Part shown: positions 1 through 11,062 of the stretch, piece by piece
Position numbering within the stretch: position 1 is the first letter of the stretch
Layout of the letters: each line of letters starts with the position of its first letter
Origin: an uncultured bacterium
GTDB taxonomy: Bacteria > Verrucomicrobiota > Verrucomicrobiia > Limisphaerales > UBA8199
DNA: 64,000 nucleotides
Reading direction: 5' to 3'
NCBI GenBank assembly: GCA_963749495.1
Contig: CAVVMW010000029.1
Coordinates: 75,357-139,356, forward strand
Notes under the pieces: generated by a model
What the model was told of the DNA's origin: nothing
Database searches by the model: none
The model's input: the letters and a program-made list of their open reading frames with translations, nothing else
Translations under genes and position numbers: made by a program

Positions 1-632
1 CAGCGCGTGTTTCCGGTGAGCTGGTAAGCGCGCAACAGTCCCTGGCCGGCCGAAGCACAAAGATCCAGTTGAATCATCCCATGCGGATCGGTCTTGAAGA
101 ACGCCTTGCCGCGGGTCGGCACACTGACGAAAAAACCGGGCCACGGGTGGTCCGCGGGCGTCTGGCAGTGATCCACGATGAACTCGGCCATGTAGGTAAG
201 GTGCGCGATGGCTGCCGCATCGCCGGTGTAGCGATAATACTCCACAAATCCATTGAGCACGCTGGTTGCGCGCTGGCTGAGATCTCCGTTTCCCCAATCG
301 CCCGGGTCCCGGGGCGTGATGACACCGTTTGAGGAAATCTGCCAGAAACCGCTGAAGATGTAGGCGGGATACTCGGCGATGGCGCTGGCGTGTGTGGTCC
401 ACGGATACCGCTTCAGCGTCTCCGCGGCGATGCGCACCCGGAAATCGCACTGGCCATTCAGCCCGCGATACCACGGCGCGATCACTCCGTGCTGGTCGTG
501 GGCCGCGGCGTGGCCGTAGTACCGCGATTGGACTCCCGACCCGAAGAGCGGCCCTGCCAGGAAGGTCCACAATGCCAGTGCTCCTGCGGAGCTTGTGACC
601 AGCTTAGGAACAGAGACCAGGGTCTTTTTCAT
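1..632 (-). CDS. Secreted hypothetical protein, possibly (alpha/alpha)-barrel glycoside-hydrolase-like; 3' end lies beyond the window edge
   Basis: Manual translation from ATG at 632 gives MKKTLVSVPKLVTSSAGALALWTFLAGPLFG...EYYRYTGD...LLRAYQLTG. The frame is open to the edge and has a signal-like N-terminus. Absent from the ORF track because it has no stop in the window. Confidence 0.7.
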   Translation of the reverse strand, partial: MKKTLVSVPKLVTSSAGALALWTFLAGPLFGSGVQSRYYGHAAAHDQHGVIAPWYRGLNGQCDFRVRIAAETLKRYPWTTHASAIAEYPAYIFSGFWQISSNGVITPRDPGDWGNGDLSQRATSVLNGFVEYYRYTGDAAAIAHLTYMAEFIVDHCQTPADHPWPGFFVSVPTRGKAFFKTDPHGMIQLDLCASAGQGLLRAYQLTGNTR

Positions 633-661
633 GCGTTCAAGAGCGGAGACTGCTCTTGCCG

Positions 662-1621
662 CTACGCCTTTCGCGGGTAGCGGAAGATCGCCTCGTCTTG
701 CAATGCCTTTTTCTTGATCGCCTCCACTTCCGAGGCTTCCAGAGGGGTAATCTTCCCGCCTAGTTCGAGCGCCATGCGAAACAGCTTCTCATCGCCCGGC
801 GGAATGGCCGCCGTGACTGGGTGTGACAGGGTGAAGCGCAGTGCCAGGAGTGCCTCCTCGGGATGGGAGAGAGGTTCATACCAGCACTTGGGGCTGCTGT
901 GGGTGGCGCGGCAGGCCACGGCCCTTTGGCCATGGCCTTCAAAGCCAGGATGCCCATGCCCCGCTCCTGTGCCCGGGCGAGCACTCGGGCCGAAGTTGCC
1001 CGCGTGCCAGGTCACATAGTTAATCGGGAACAGGATCGTGTCAAAGGCGAATCCCTCGATCAAGGCCAGCGCGGCCTCGACGGAATGCGCCGAAAAACCC
1101 AGAAACCGAATCTTCCCGGCCTGCTTGGCTTCGACAAAGGCCCGCAGGGCGCCTTCGGGTCCCAGAATGGCCTCGACTTCCTCGCCGGTCGTCACGGCGT
1201 GCAGTTGATAGAGGTCCACGTGGTCGGTCCGCAGCCTTTGCAGCGAGCGGTCCAGTTCGGCGGCGGTTTCGCGTTTGCGCCGCTGCTCGGTCTTGCAGGC
1301 CAGAAAGACCTTGTGGCGGAACGGTTGCAGTGCCGGGCCCAGCCTTTCTTCAGCGTTGCCATAGCTGGGTGCGACGTCGAAATAGTTCACGCCGTGATCA
1401 ATGGCTTCCTGGACCCGGAGCGATGCCTCCTCCGGCGTGGCGTCTTTGACTACAATCCCTCCGAAGCCGAGGATGGAGAGCTTCTCACCAGTCTTGCCCA
1501 AGGACCGCTTTTCGAGGCCTTGGGGCGGTTGCTCCCGCGCCAGGGATGCAAGCGTCGCTGGAAACATGTCCAGCAGGGCGGTGGCTGCCGCTCCGGTTTT
1601 CACGAATTGTCGTCTGTTCAT
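662..1621 (-). CDS. Aldo/keto reductase with Tat-like signal; two compensating frameshifts near 985 and 890
   Basis: Motifs MNRRQFVK, LGKTGEKLSILGFGG, NYFDVAPSYG, DHVDLYQLH, GKIRFLGFSAH. The segment ERGMGILALKAM lies in the alternate frame 760..984. Confidence 0.9.
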   Translation of the reverse strand: MNRRQFVKTGAAATALLDMFPATLASLAREQPPQGLEKRSLGKTGEKLSILGFGGIVVKDATPEEASLRVQEAIDHGVNYFDVAPSYGNAEERLGPALQPFRHKVFLACKTEQRRKRETAAELDRSLQRLRTDHVDLYQLHAVTTGEEVEAILGPEGALRAFVEAKQAGKIRFLGFSAHSVEAALALIEGFAFDTILFPINYVTWHAGNFGPSARPGTGAGHGHPGFEGHGQRAVACRATHSSPKCWYEPLSHPEEALLALRFTLSHPVTAAIPPGDEKLFRMALELGGKITPLEASEVEAIKKKALQDEAIFRYPRKA

Positions 1622-2172
1622 AGCGATATCCTTTCGCGAGCCGGACGGAATCTGAATCCCGGTCCAATCTCGACAATACTCTACCTGGGCCTTGCAGCGT
1701 GGCCAGCCCAAATATCAGTGGCGGCTGGCCCTTCCCTTGGCCGCGCTGATCGCGAACCGTAACGCCCCTTCGTTAAAGGCCAGCCCATGTTCGGGGTCTC
1801 TGGACAAATTGCAGCAGAGATAACAGATGCGTCCGCCGTTGGGCAGTTCGATTATGGACCCGCTACAGCGCTACAAGGCGCATGGAACCGGTGGATTTTT
1901 GAGATAAGACCCGCAACATGACCCGCAACAAGGCCCAACAGCTTCGGTAAAATGGGGGGATTCTTGCGCGGGCGATATTTGTTTGACACCGTGGAAGTCA
2001 ATTCCAGCTCGGTAGAACCGAGCGCTTTCCGGAGAGCGGTGTGCGGGGGGGATTGGGAGAGGGCGCGGGCAGGGGCGAAAGGGAGGAAAAGGAGAATGGG
2101 GATGGAGGAGACGGTCTTTTTTGGTGCTGCCTCAGTGAGGGCGCAGAGCGGAACCGGAAGGGCGCCGCCCAA

Positions 2173-2262
2173 CGCGAAGCGTTTTGGAGTGCGGCAGTCC
2201 TCTGCCGCTTTCGCGTTCCCAGAACCAGGGACTGAAAAGCGGCAGAGGACTGCCGCAGTCCA
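2173..2262. repeat. REP-like inverted doublet (GCGGCAGTCCTCTGCCGCTTT family)
   Basis: Inverted arms at 2190-2211 and 2235-2262. The same family occurs at 18406-18491 and 21795-21897. Confidence 0.8.
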
Positions 2263-2371
2263 CAACCTTCGGGCTCGGGTCGGTTCATGGAGAGTGGTCT
2301 GCCCGCCGTGTCGCGCCCGCCCTCACTGAGGCCCTACCTTTTTTGGGCGGTGGAGGAGGGGTGGACAGTAT

Positions 2372-2899
2372 TTGTCCCACCGGGTGTGGCATGGTGAGGG
2401 CAAAAAGGCTGATATGAAAGGCGGAGATATGAGGACGGGGTTGGAGATTGGAGAGCGGGGTGGGGGCGGTGCGGGCAGGCGGGCGGCGATGAGCTTGAGC
2501 GCGAGCGCGGAGGAGAACAGCCCGAGCGGGGCGCTGTTGATGGACATATTCGTTGTGTTCATCCTTTTGAAGGTGGAGCGGCTGTTCAGCCGGACCCTGG
2601 CGGCGGGGTTGCACGAGTTTCGGGACCGGCCATGGTCGGAGGGCCTGAGCGGGAAGGGATACACGGAGCTATGGCTGGCGGAGCAGTTGCAACCGTACGG
2701 AATACGGCCTGCAACGATTCGGATAGGGGAGGAGGTGGGCCGGGGGTACTTGAAGGAGGATTTCGGTGAGGTGTTTCTGCGCTATATCCCGGCGTCGGAG
2801 GTGGAGGCGCTGAGGCAGAAGGGCAAAAGGACAGTGGAGGATTCAAAGCGCGAAGCGGGGAGCACTAAGGCCGAGGCGGGAGGGTGCGGGACAAAATAG
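2372..2899 (+). CDS. DUF3631-like domain protein, probably a fragment
   Basis: DRPWSE...LAEQLQPYGIRPATIRIG...RGYLKEDF resembles DUF3631. The start codon is uncertain. Confidence 0.6.
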   Translation: MSHRVWHGEGKKADMKGGDMRTGLEIGERGGGGAGRRAAMSLSASAEENSPSGALLMDIFVVFILLKVERLFSRTLAAGLHEFRDRPWSEGLSGKGYTELWLAEQLQPYGIRPATIRIGEEVGRGYLKEDFGEVFLRYIPASEVEALRQKGKRTVEDSKREAGSTKAEAGGCGTK

Positions 2900-3053
2900 T
2901 AACCATTAGACCTGTTCATTTCCGCGTATTCCGCGTATTCCGCGGTTCATTCTTCTTCGGAGCTTCGCCAGCCTCGCCAGCCATGGAAACCAATCTCATT
3001 TACGAGGCAGAATCCTGAGCGCAACCGCGGAATGCTTAGCGGAATACGCGGAA
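2882..3053 (+). mobile_element. Left half of GxxExxY-carrying TIR element; contains an empty intron target and an 11-codon N-terminal remnant METNLIYEAES*
   Basis: Nearly identical to 49227-49288 joined to 50088-50100. TIR GGTGCGGGACAAAATAGTAACC at 2883-2904. Confidence 0.75.
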
Positions 3054-3105
3054 GTGAGAATTCAAAACTGGACCAAACAACGGTGCCTGTGAATAATGCG
3101 TGCCC

Positions 3106-3545
3106 ATGAAAACGCCCACAGTTGTCTCTGTGCTGGCTCGGGCGTCGAGGCCTGGGGTTGTGCTGTTCATCTGCATCAGCGTCGGCGTGCTGCCCGCCTC
3201 AATCCAGGCTGCGGAAACATGGACCGATGTCTCCAGCCCATTGCTGGCGCGCTTGACCAACAGTGGGGCGGCGCTGGCCTGGCCCGGGGGTTGTTCGGGA
3301 GTCGTGGTGAACCGGCTCACCGGCGAGGTGACCATCAAAGTCGTCGGCTGCGGTCTTTGGCGCAGCCGGGACAAAGCCAAGAACTGGCAGCGGATCGATG
3401 ATGACTGCGTTTCGGGGAGAGACGAGACAGGCTGGGCCACCAGCCTGGATCAGGACACGCCCACACGAATGGCCAGCTTTTCCCTGGATGGTTCAGCGGG
3501 CTGGACGACCGACGGGCGAACCTGGAGGCGTTTTGCCAGTTCAAT
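3106..3545 (+). pseudogene. N-terminal fragment of a secreted BNR/Asp-box (beta-propeller-like) protein
   Basis: Signal peptide, GLWRSRDKAKNW and TTDGRTW Asp-box-like motifs. Plausible coding ends near 3545, after which the ORF runs antisense through the prepilin gene. Confidence 0.55.
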
Positions 3546-3601
3546 GAAAAACAAAATCACCAATTCCATCAGAGCCGTTTATCCTGGCCTTTACCTGGTG
3601 T

Positions 3602-4408
3602 CTAATGCCAGGTTTCAGGATGGGGTTGGTGGTCGTTGTTCCAGCGCAGGCGGGCAGAGGTGGTGGCCTTCATCCAATTGGTCTGTTTGCCGAATTCGAC
3701 ATGAGCGTCGCAGAATACCACGTTGCCTCCGCCGTTATGGCGGTTGGAGATGTAATCGTCCTGCTCGTCCAGTCCGCCGAGGATATCCCCGTCCTGTTGA
3801 TTCATCCTGGTGCCAACGTTTTGTTGAGCCAGTTCCGGGTAGTCGCCAATGCCGATCATATCCGCAGGCGCCAGCACACGGTTCTCAGGGAGCGCAATTA
3901 AGGCGCCCATACTGCCGCTCCCTTCGCTGCCCCCGAGCCCCAGCGCCAGCGAACCGGTGTCGTTTTGATACCTTCCGGTGCCCAGGGCATTATAGCCGTA
4001 ACTGGGGTTGAAGGTGAGCAGATTGGTCCAAGAGGCGGATGACTTTCGCGCGCGGCAAAGGAAGACGTTCGGGTTGCCACCAGCCATCGGCACAAGGAGA
4101 GCATCCCAATTGGTGGAAGCACCTCCCGGCGCGAACGACATGCCCTCGCGCCAAACAGGGAATTTCTTGAAGTCCCCCAGGTAAATGCCCACAGCCAATC
4201 CGATTTGGTGCAGGTTGCTCCGGCAGGCGATGGATATAGCGCCGGCCTTGGAGCGAGAGAGCGCCGGCAAGAGCATCGCCGCCAGAATGGCGATGACTGC
4301 AATCACCACGAGCAATTCGATCAGTGTAAAGGCAACACCCTCGGCGCGCCTCTTGTTTCTGCGGAGGAAGTCCTGGGGGAACGTGCCTCGGTGACAAAGA
4401 GGTTTCAT
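3602..4408 (-). CDS. Prepilin-type N-terminal methylation / DUF1559-like protein with H-X9-DG motif
   Basis: [48 protein letters not shown]. Confidence 0.9.
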   Translation of the reverse strand: MKPLCHRGTFPQDFLRRNKRRAEGVAFTLIELLVVIAVIAILAAMLLPALSRSKAGAISIACRSNLHQIGLAVGIYLGDFKKFPVWREGMSFAPGGASTNWDALLVPMAGGNPNVFLCRARKSSASWTNLLTFNPSYGYNALGTGRYQNDTGSLALGLGGSEGSGSMGALIALPENRVLAPADMIGIGDYPELAQQNVGTRMNQQDGDILGGLDEQDDYISNRHNGGGNVVFCDAHVEFGKQTNWMKATTSARLRWNNDHQPHPETWH

Positions 4409-4554
4409 CGCCTCAAACGTTACCACAGGAGTCAATGAATGAGAAGCGGCGTTTTGACGGTCAGCCTTGCGGAACACCTGATCAAGCCGGCCTCGGGAGG
4501 ACTCAACCGCCAGGGACAGGAGATCCTACAAGCTCCGAAACATCAACCAGAGCC

Positions 4555-4924
4555 AGGGTCAAACCATAGCATGGGGCGGTTTTCATGTTGACGGAGCGGT
4601 TGGAGGCGCTGTAACCAAGGCCAATGCCGCGCAAGCTACGTGTCGAATATCCAGGGACCATGTATCAGGTGATGAGCCCGGGGCTCGGCGGGAGGACATC
4701 TTCCTGGATGACGTGGACCGGCAGGACTTCATCAAGACGGTTGCCGAGGCTTGCCAGGAGACCGGATGGCACGTGCATGCGGTTGCCGCTCGCAAGCACC
4801 TGGGCGCGTCGAACAGCGCCAACGCCCGGCTGCACACGTGGTTGGGGCAGGCCCCGCACCCCGACGCGAACCAAGGTCACCTCCAAATATGAAGAAAAAC
4901 GAACCAAGCTATGGTTTGACGCCT
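4555..4924 (+). mobile_element. Internally deleted Y1/RAYT-like (IS200-type) mini element with terminal IRs
   Basis: MPRKLRVEYPGTMYQVMS...REDIFLDDVDRQDFIKTVAEACQETGWHVHA. IRs GTCAAACCATAGC near 4558 and GCTATGGTTTGAC near 4908. HUH and catalytic Tyr segments are missing. Confidence 0.8.
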
Positions 4925-5003
4925 ATGACGAGAATAAGCTGGGAGATCCGGTCGCTTTGTTTTCCAAGCGGGCTGGTCGTCTCCCAGCAGGGCGTTCAAG
5001 CGG

Positions 5004-7780
5004 TCACCTGCCGCGAGCGGGAGAGAACTGAGCGGTGACGGTGGTAGTCCCGCCGTCGTCGCCAACCCGCAGGCCGACGGCAACCGGGTTTACGGTGCCG
5101 GTGAGATCGGCGCCGGTTCCTGCCGCTAAAAATTGGAAATTAGGTCCTCGGAGAGGCCAGATTGCCACCCCCAAATCCACGCCTTGGATCACGCCAAAGA
5201 AGTAAAACAGGCCTTGAAATTCTTTGAAGGAGCCGGCGGGGATCGTCGTATTGAAGGTCCCGACCTGCAAACGGACGTCCTCGGTGAGGGGAGCAATCCC
5301 GTCGCTCCCGGCGCCCAGCCTGAACGCGCCGTCGATGGCGAACTCGCCCTTCTTGGAGTTGGCCGGCTCCTTGATTGCGGCGTGGGCTGAGAAGGCAGCG
5401 AAGGGCACGACGGGGGGCGGCACGACCAAAATGGCGGCCTGGATGCTCGGCGCCGGGTTGTAATAGTCGTTGCCCGCCTGCGAGGCCGTAACGAGCACCG
5501 TGCCGACTCCCGTGAAGGTGAGGACGTTCCCGTTCAGGGTTGCCGGGCCCGAGACCAGGGCGAAGCTCACGGGCAGGCCGGAGGAAGCGGCGGCGCTGAG
5601 GGCGAGCTGGCTGCCAACGGTTTGGGAGGCCGGCGGCGTGAACGTAATCGTCTGGTCCTGCTTCGTGGTGGCCGCCGCGATGATGGTCCCGGTCAGAGCG
5701 GCAATCGTAGGCTGGCTGAGCCCATTGAACACAACCGTAAACGTCCAACCCCCCGAGACCCACACCCGGTGCGGTGCGCTTAACAGCACACCGTTCGACC
5801 ACCTGCGGCCAGTACCCATGAGCCGGATCATTCGGATCATAATACAGCAATTGTGGTAGTCCTAAGTGGCCGGGGTCGGGACTGAAAAACGTGGCCACCA
5901 AGGTGGCGTTGTTGACGTTGTTGACCCCTCCTCCCGTGACCTGTAGATCGGTGTAGGTGCTCCCTGCCGCGAAGGCCGTGCCAGGGACTGGGCTCCCGGT
6001 GTAGGCAGCGGCCGAGACCACTACGGGCTGCTGACTGCTGCCCGCGGGGTTGCTAAGCGTTGCGGTAACCGCCGGGGGCTGCCCCGCGCTCGGTGACGAA
6101 GTGACGGTCACCGTTTCCCCGGCCCCCGCGACTTGGCTCTGCGCGGAACCGCTCTGCACCAAGGGGACGTACACCACCAGGGGCGCTTGGGCGGACATCC
6201 TATCGTTAGGGTTGCTCACGGAGACAAGGGCAACACCAATGTTCTGACCCGGCCGCAGCACAAGGGCGCCGGCGGGAATCGTGACTTGAAGCTGGTTCGG
6301 GTTATCGAACAATGTGGTGGCAGGCTGGTGATTGCCGTTGTCAACGGGATCGCCACTGATGGTTACCGTAGCAGGATTGGCAAAGCCGTAGCCATGGACG
6401 AGGAGCGTGAAGCCTGCGTTGGCGATGTTCGTGATCACGGAGGAGGGGTCCAGACTCCCGACAACCGGTACCAGGCTGGCAAACCAGGCCCCAGCGCCGT
6501 TGGGGCCGGTTCCATTGCCAACCATCCGTTGGCCGTCCGGGGACACGCCCACTGCGCTGGAGAGGGCCCAGCCGCTTAGGCCCGGTATTAGAGGGTCCAG
6601 GATGTTATGAACCGTTTGCATCCCGTCCGCGGCCGTCCAGCAAAATGCCTGCGGCTGCCCGCCGGCGTCGCCTGCGGTGCCAACGACCACGGAACCGTCG
6701 GCGGAGACGGATAGGGCTTCGCTAAAAGAGTTGACTGAGAGTGTTCCCAAATCTACCATTAGGTCGCTGGTGGACCATCGAAACGCATTCGGAATCCAGC
6801 CCGAGCCTGGGGGCGCAAGTGGGAACGCAAAGCCGACCGCGACGGACCCATCCGCGGATATGGCCGTAAGGCTGTTCGTAAAGCGCAGTGTGCCCCCCAG
6901 ATCTCCCAGCTCTTGGGGCGTGCTGTCGCTGGCGGGCGTCCATCGTAACCACTCATTCGCGGTTCCGGTTCCGTTAAGCCTAAGGCCAATCCCGAACACG
7001 ACCGAGCCGTTGGCGGAGACCGCCACGGCGTCGCTGAAAGTATTGGGTGGCCCCGTGGGCGCCCCCAAATCCTGCGGCGCAAAGAGCGGCGCCGTCCATC
7101 GCAGGGCGTGGCCATTCCCGCTGCTAGGGACATCGCCGTAGCCAACGATGACTGAGCCGTTGGCGGACACTGCGTTAGCTTGGCTATGGCTCTGCAGGAC
7201 CCCCAGATCCTGCGGCGCGTAGCCCCCGTCCGCCGTCCATTGCAGGGCGTGGAGATTCCCGCTGCTATCAACAACGCCGTCGCCAACGATGACCGAACCG
7301 TCGGCGGAGACGGCCTGGGGAGAGCTGAAAGCGCTGGCTCCCTGGGGCGGCTCAAGCAACTGCGCCGCCCAGCGGCCGCCGGAGGTCCACACCACCGCTT
7401 GCTGCCAGGCGAACGCTAACTCGATACCTACGACCACCAGACCGTCGGCGGAAACCGCCTTGGCGTAAGTGGAATCCCCCGTGAATGCCGGCGGCAGATC
7501 CGTCAGGGAATTGTCGCTCGCCGACCACCGGAAGGCGTGGTGGGTGACGCCGTTCTGACTCCACCAGGGTGCCAACCACAACCGAGTCGTCGCTGGACGC
7601 TGCCACCGCGGTTGCCTGCTGGCCGACAGATCCTATCCAGGTGAGACACTGCGCGCCCGCGTTCGAGACCATGGCCAGGATTACGAGGGGGGCAATCGCT
7701 CCCAAGACCGCCCGAACACTGGCTGCGAAATACAAGGCCAGCGCGCTGGCCAACATTGCGGGCTTGAATTTCACAGTCAT
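5004..7780 (-). CDS. Large secreted HAF-repeat (beta-propeller) protein with C-terminal Ig-like domains; frameshifts near 7570 and 5800
   Basis: Repeated AVSADGSVIVG...HA(F/L)RW...DLG units. Signal peptide in ORF 7352..7801, body in 5140..7581, tail QTITF...ASSGLPVSF in 5004..5840. Confidence 0.8.
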
Positions 7781-8509
7781 CTTCTCTCTATGGTTTTGCA
7801 TTTTGCTGTTCCTTTCGTTTTTGGCGGCTGGCGCCCAGGTTTGTGCTTGCTATTCGTTCGTTTGGCATTTCTTGCCAAGTGGTAGCACAGGAAAATTGGG
7901 GAAACGTTACAGGCCTTTTGGTTTGTTGCTGTTTTTTGCTTCGCGGCGTTTTCAGCGGCTCGGAAGCGTCCTTTTGCTCGCCGAGGCAACCCGCGCCAGC
8001 CACGTTTCCAGTCCACCGGCCGCAATAAGTAAAGGAGCAAAAACTGAAGAAGGTGACACCCCAAGGGGCTGGATTTGTCGTCACCCTCAATATCGGGTGG
8101 TGCCTTTGGCATGGAGCCTGAAGGCCGTATCGCCGAAGCCAGGCATGCGAGATGAAGGAGGCCGCATTGGGTGGGTAGGAAACGAGGTCGAAAAGAACGC
8201 CAGCCGTCCGGAACCAGATGCGGCTCATCCCTCCTCCGGGTGATTTCGGAAATCCCATCACCCAACTCGGCCGACCCATAAATGGCCGTGTCATGCCACC
8301 GTGATTCCCAGGTTCTCTGCACGCGGGTCGTTGGCTGAAACAGGCGTGAATCAGCGGCTCGTGGAGGCAGTTGTGCTTAGTTCATCACATCGCCTGAAAG
8401 TTGTCCAGCCTGAAAAGCACTTTGTTTGTATCCTCTTCTCAGGCAATTAGTTGCGACGAAGATTTTGCCCCCGAGTTCTATGGAAACAAAAGTCCGTTGG
8501 ATCGGTGCG

Positions 8510-10294
8510 TCAGGCGGCTTTCTGAAATAGGCGGCAGATGGCCTCGGGGAAGGCGGGGAGTGCGATCAGTTGCCGGATTTGCGGAGGTACTTTCTCCAAG
8601 GAGCCTTGAACCGCCCGCAGTTCTTCGCGAACGGTTTGAGCGTCGATCTGGGCAAAGCGTTCTTCGAGGGTAGCCTGGCCGTTGAGCAGGATTTTGAGGT
8701 AGCCAGGATTTTCCAGATTTCGGACCAATGGGGTGTCGGCGATCATGCTTTGGAGCAAGCGGCTGATCGAGTTGTGCCCGCTTCTGCGGCGAGCTCCTCG
8801 CCGAAAATCGCGGAAGAACCGCTCCATAAGGTTGTTGGTGCGCTGGGGTTGGAGGCGCCGTGTTCCGCTGGGGGTCCTCACCGTGATCGGATCGGCAAAG
8901 AGCTTGTCTTTATACTTGTCGATCTGCCCGATGAGGGCCTGCCAGTGGGGGGTGGAAGGGTAATCGGCACGGGAGGTAATCTCCTGGTGGAAGTGCTCGA
9001 CCGCCTTTTCAATCGGGCCCATAGCCATCGGGCGGCTGCCAGAGTTGAGACCAGCGGCTCCGCCGGCTTCGGCAATACGCATCGCGCTACGCAGTCGGTC
9101 GAACACCGCGATCTTGAGGTCGATGGCGGTGAGCATTCTTTGCAGGCCCTCATCGGCGTAGATTCCTTTGAGTTCACAGGACAGCTTGAATAGCGGTTTG
9201 TTGTCCGCCCATTGGCCGCGGAGGTGAACGTCCTTGATTTGTTCCAAGCCCTGCCCCAGAGCCCGCAGGCGCTTGGCAAACTGCACGTGAGGCCGATCAA
9301 AGGGGAACCCGTAGCCCTGGCCGTCGGTTTTACCCTCCAGTGCCCACTGGATCAGAGCGTAGGCACAGAGCAGCGGAAAGACCTCCAGCTTCTCGCTCGG
9401 CAGACAGTGGCCCTGCACATCCTGACAGAAGCTCTCGACCAAGCCGGGCTGCTCATCGATGGCAGCTTTGAACCGGCGAGCGTAATAGAGCAGCTTTTCG
9501 GTCAGGCCATGCTTGCGCAGGCGCTGCCGGATAGCGTCATAGTCGGCCTCCAGGAGATCCTTGCCGGCATCGCGCAGAAAATGAAAATGACAGACAAAGT
9601 CCGGCACGCCGGGAAACACCCTCTGGACTGCCGCCAGGATGCCGTGGCCCATGTCATGGACGGCCGCCACCGGCACCCCAAAGCGGCGCTTGATCTCCTG
9701 CAGGAACGGGACAATCTGCTCGGTCTTTTCCGAGGGCACCTTCACATTGCCCAGCACGATTTCCGAGAGCGAATCCAGGCTGCTCATCAACATCGGCCCG
9801 CCCCCTTCACCGGTGCCATCCAGATGGAGAATGTAACCGCCTTGGGCGCGCATGGCTTGCTTGAGGGGTGGCGCCGACTGCCGGTGCGCCAGGGCGAGGT
9901 AAACGACGAACTTTCTTCCCAGATAGCCGACTTCACTGGGACTGAGCCGAACCTGGTGCGCTTGCAATTCCTCGATGATTTGCTCGGCCCGGCGCTGGTG
10001 CAAGAAAAGCGCCTGGCCGACGAAGACCAGCACATCGTACCCAAAGGTGCAGCCCGAGGGCACCAGTTGACTGAGAGACTCGGCGCCATAGAGGGTGTCG
10101 TTGGGGCAGTGCTCGCAGTGCAGGAGGGTTTCGTGCGCGCTAAAGCAGCCCAGCGGCAGGGTCTGAACCCTTCGGCGCTGGGTTTTGTAAACCTGGAGCG
10201 GCGCCCGACAGTCGGGGCAATCGGTTTGGGCGGGCCGAAAGGGCACGGTAGGCCGTTGCGCGAACAGACAGGCCGGGGAACTCTCTCTCGCCAA
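8510..10294 (-). CDS. DDE transposase, Mutator/IS256-superfamily-like
   Basis: N-terminal CxxC...CxxC zinc motif, ILHLDGT, AVHDMG, CHFH (C(2)H) and RTNNLMERFF motifs. Confidence 0.8.
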   Translation of the reverse strand: MARESSPACLFAQRPTVPFRPAQTDCPDCRAPLQVYKTQRRRVQTLPLGCFSAHETLLHCEHCPNDTLYGAESLSQLVPSGCTFGYDVLVFVGQALFLHQRRAEQIIEELQAHQVRLSPSEVGYLGRKFVVYLALAHRQSAPPLKQAMRAQGGYILHLDGTGEGGGPMLMSSLDSLSEIVLGNVKVPSEKTEQIVPFLQEIKRRFGVPVAAVHDMGHGILAAVQRVFPGVPDFVCHFHFLRDAGKDLLEADYDAIRQRLRKHGLTEKLLYYARRFKAAIDEQPGLVESFCQDVQGHCLPSEKLEVFPLLCAYALIQWALEGKTDGQGYGFPFDRPHVQFAKRLRALGQGLEQIKDVHLRGQWADNKPLFKLSCELKGIYADEGLQRMLTAIDLKIAVFDRLRSAMRIAEAGGAAGLNSGSRPMAMGPIEKAVEHFHQEITSRADYPSTPHWQALIGQIDKYKDKLFADPITVRTPSGTRRLQPQRTNNLMERFFRDFRRGARRRSGHNSISRLLQSMIADTPLVRNLENPGYLKILLNGQATLEERFAQIDAQTVREELRAVQGSLEKVPPQIRQLIALPAFPEAICRLFQKAA

Positions 10295-10329
10295 CTTCTC
10301 CTGGTAACTCCGGAAGGTGGCCAGCGTAT

Positions 10330-10992
10330 TCAGTTGGGTGCCTGGGGCGTTTTTTTTAGACCGTGTTCCTGGAAGAAGCGCTGGATGCTCTCGGGAGCCA
10401 CGGCGAGGTTACGTTGCTCTCGGAGCCGGGTGGCGATCTGCTCGAAGCTCAGTGCGGGCTCCTTGATGTATTCCACCAAGACCCAGAGGGTGGTTTGCGT
10501 GCTCAGCGCGGCCGTGGGGCTGGTGGCTTGCGCGAAGGCGGCTTGCTCGCGCTGCTGGCGATTGAGGTGCGGGTCGGCCGCCAGGTAGCGAAACTGGCCT
10601 GAGAGCCGGAGACGATCCAATCGGCCCGCCTTGTGCAGTTGGCTCAAAACGGCGTGACAGGGGTGTTGCAACTTCCCGGTCAGTTCGCTGGCGGACAGTC
10701 CGGCGGGGCTGCCTCCGACCAGGTGATCAATGGTGGCGGTGAGACTGCCGTGTTTGGAAAAGCCGATCCCTCTGTAGTGCCACAGGCCATCTCGGTCAAA
10801 GTCTGGGGAATCGCGCAGAGTGTACCACTTGCCGTTCTGGGTGTAACTCCTGAAGTAGCCGACCTGCTTGAGGAAGCGGCGCACCGAGATCAGGGCGTAG
10901 CCGAGAGCCTCGGCGAGTTGGTCGAGCATCCAGCACTTGCGGCGGTGGAACAATTTTTCCAGGCGCTCGGTCGCGGGCCGTGGAGGCGTCAT
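10330..10992 (-). CDS. HTH-like ORF A of the transposon; can join ORF B through an A8 slippery site
   Basis: HTH-like segments. Ends CTA AAA AAA ACG, and the -1 frame continues without a stop into 8510..10294. Confidence 0.7.
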   Translation of the reverse strand: MTPPRPATERLEKLFHRRKCWMLDQLAEALGYALISVRRFLKQVGYFRSYTQNGKWYTLRDSPDFDRDGLWHYRGIGFSKHGSLTATIDHLVGGSPAGLSASELTGKLQHPCHAVLSQLHKAGRLDRLRLSGQFRYLAADPHLNRQQREQAAFAQATSPTAALSTQTTLWVLVEYIKEPALSFEQIATRLREQRNLAVAPESIQRFFQEHGLKKTPQAPN

Positions 10993-11034
10993 AGGCAAAT
11001 GATATAGTGTTAAACTATCCGTCAGATATTCAAT

Positions 11035-11062
11035 ACTGTATCATGGGCTGGGGGCTTGTCAA
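11035..11062 (-). promoter_or_regulatory. Sigma70-like promoter for the transposon ORFs
   Basis: TTGACA-16bp-TACAGT with a TG extension on the minus strand, about 45 bp upstream of ORF A. Confidence 0.5.

Noticed and set aside
7960..8110. Possible c-di-GMP-I riboswitch upstream of the HAF gene
   Set aside because: Only GCGGGTTGCC matches. The GGCAAAC/GAAA/GCAAAGC core is absent.
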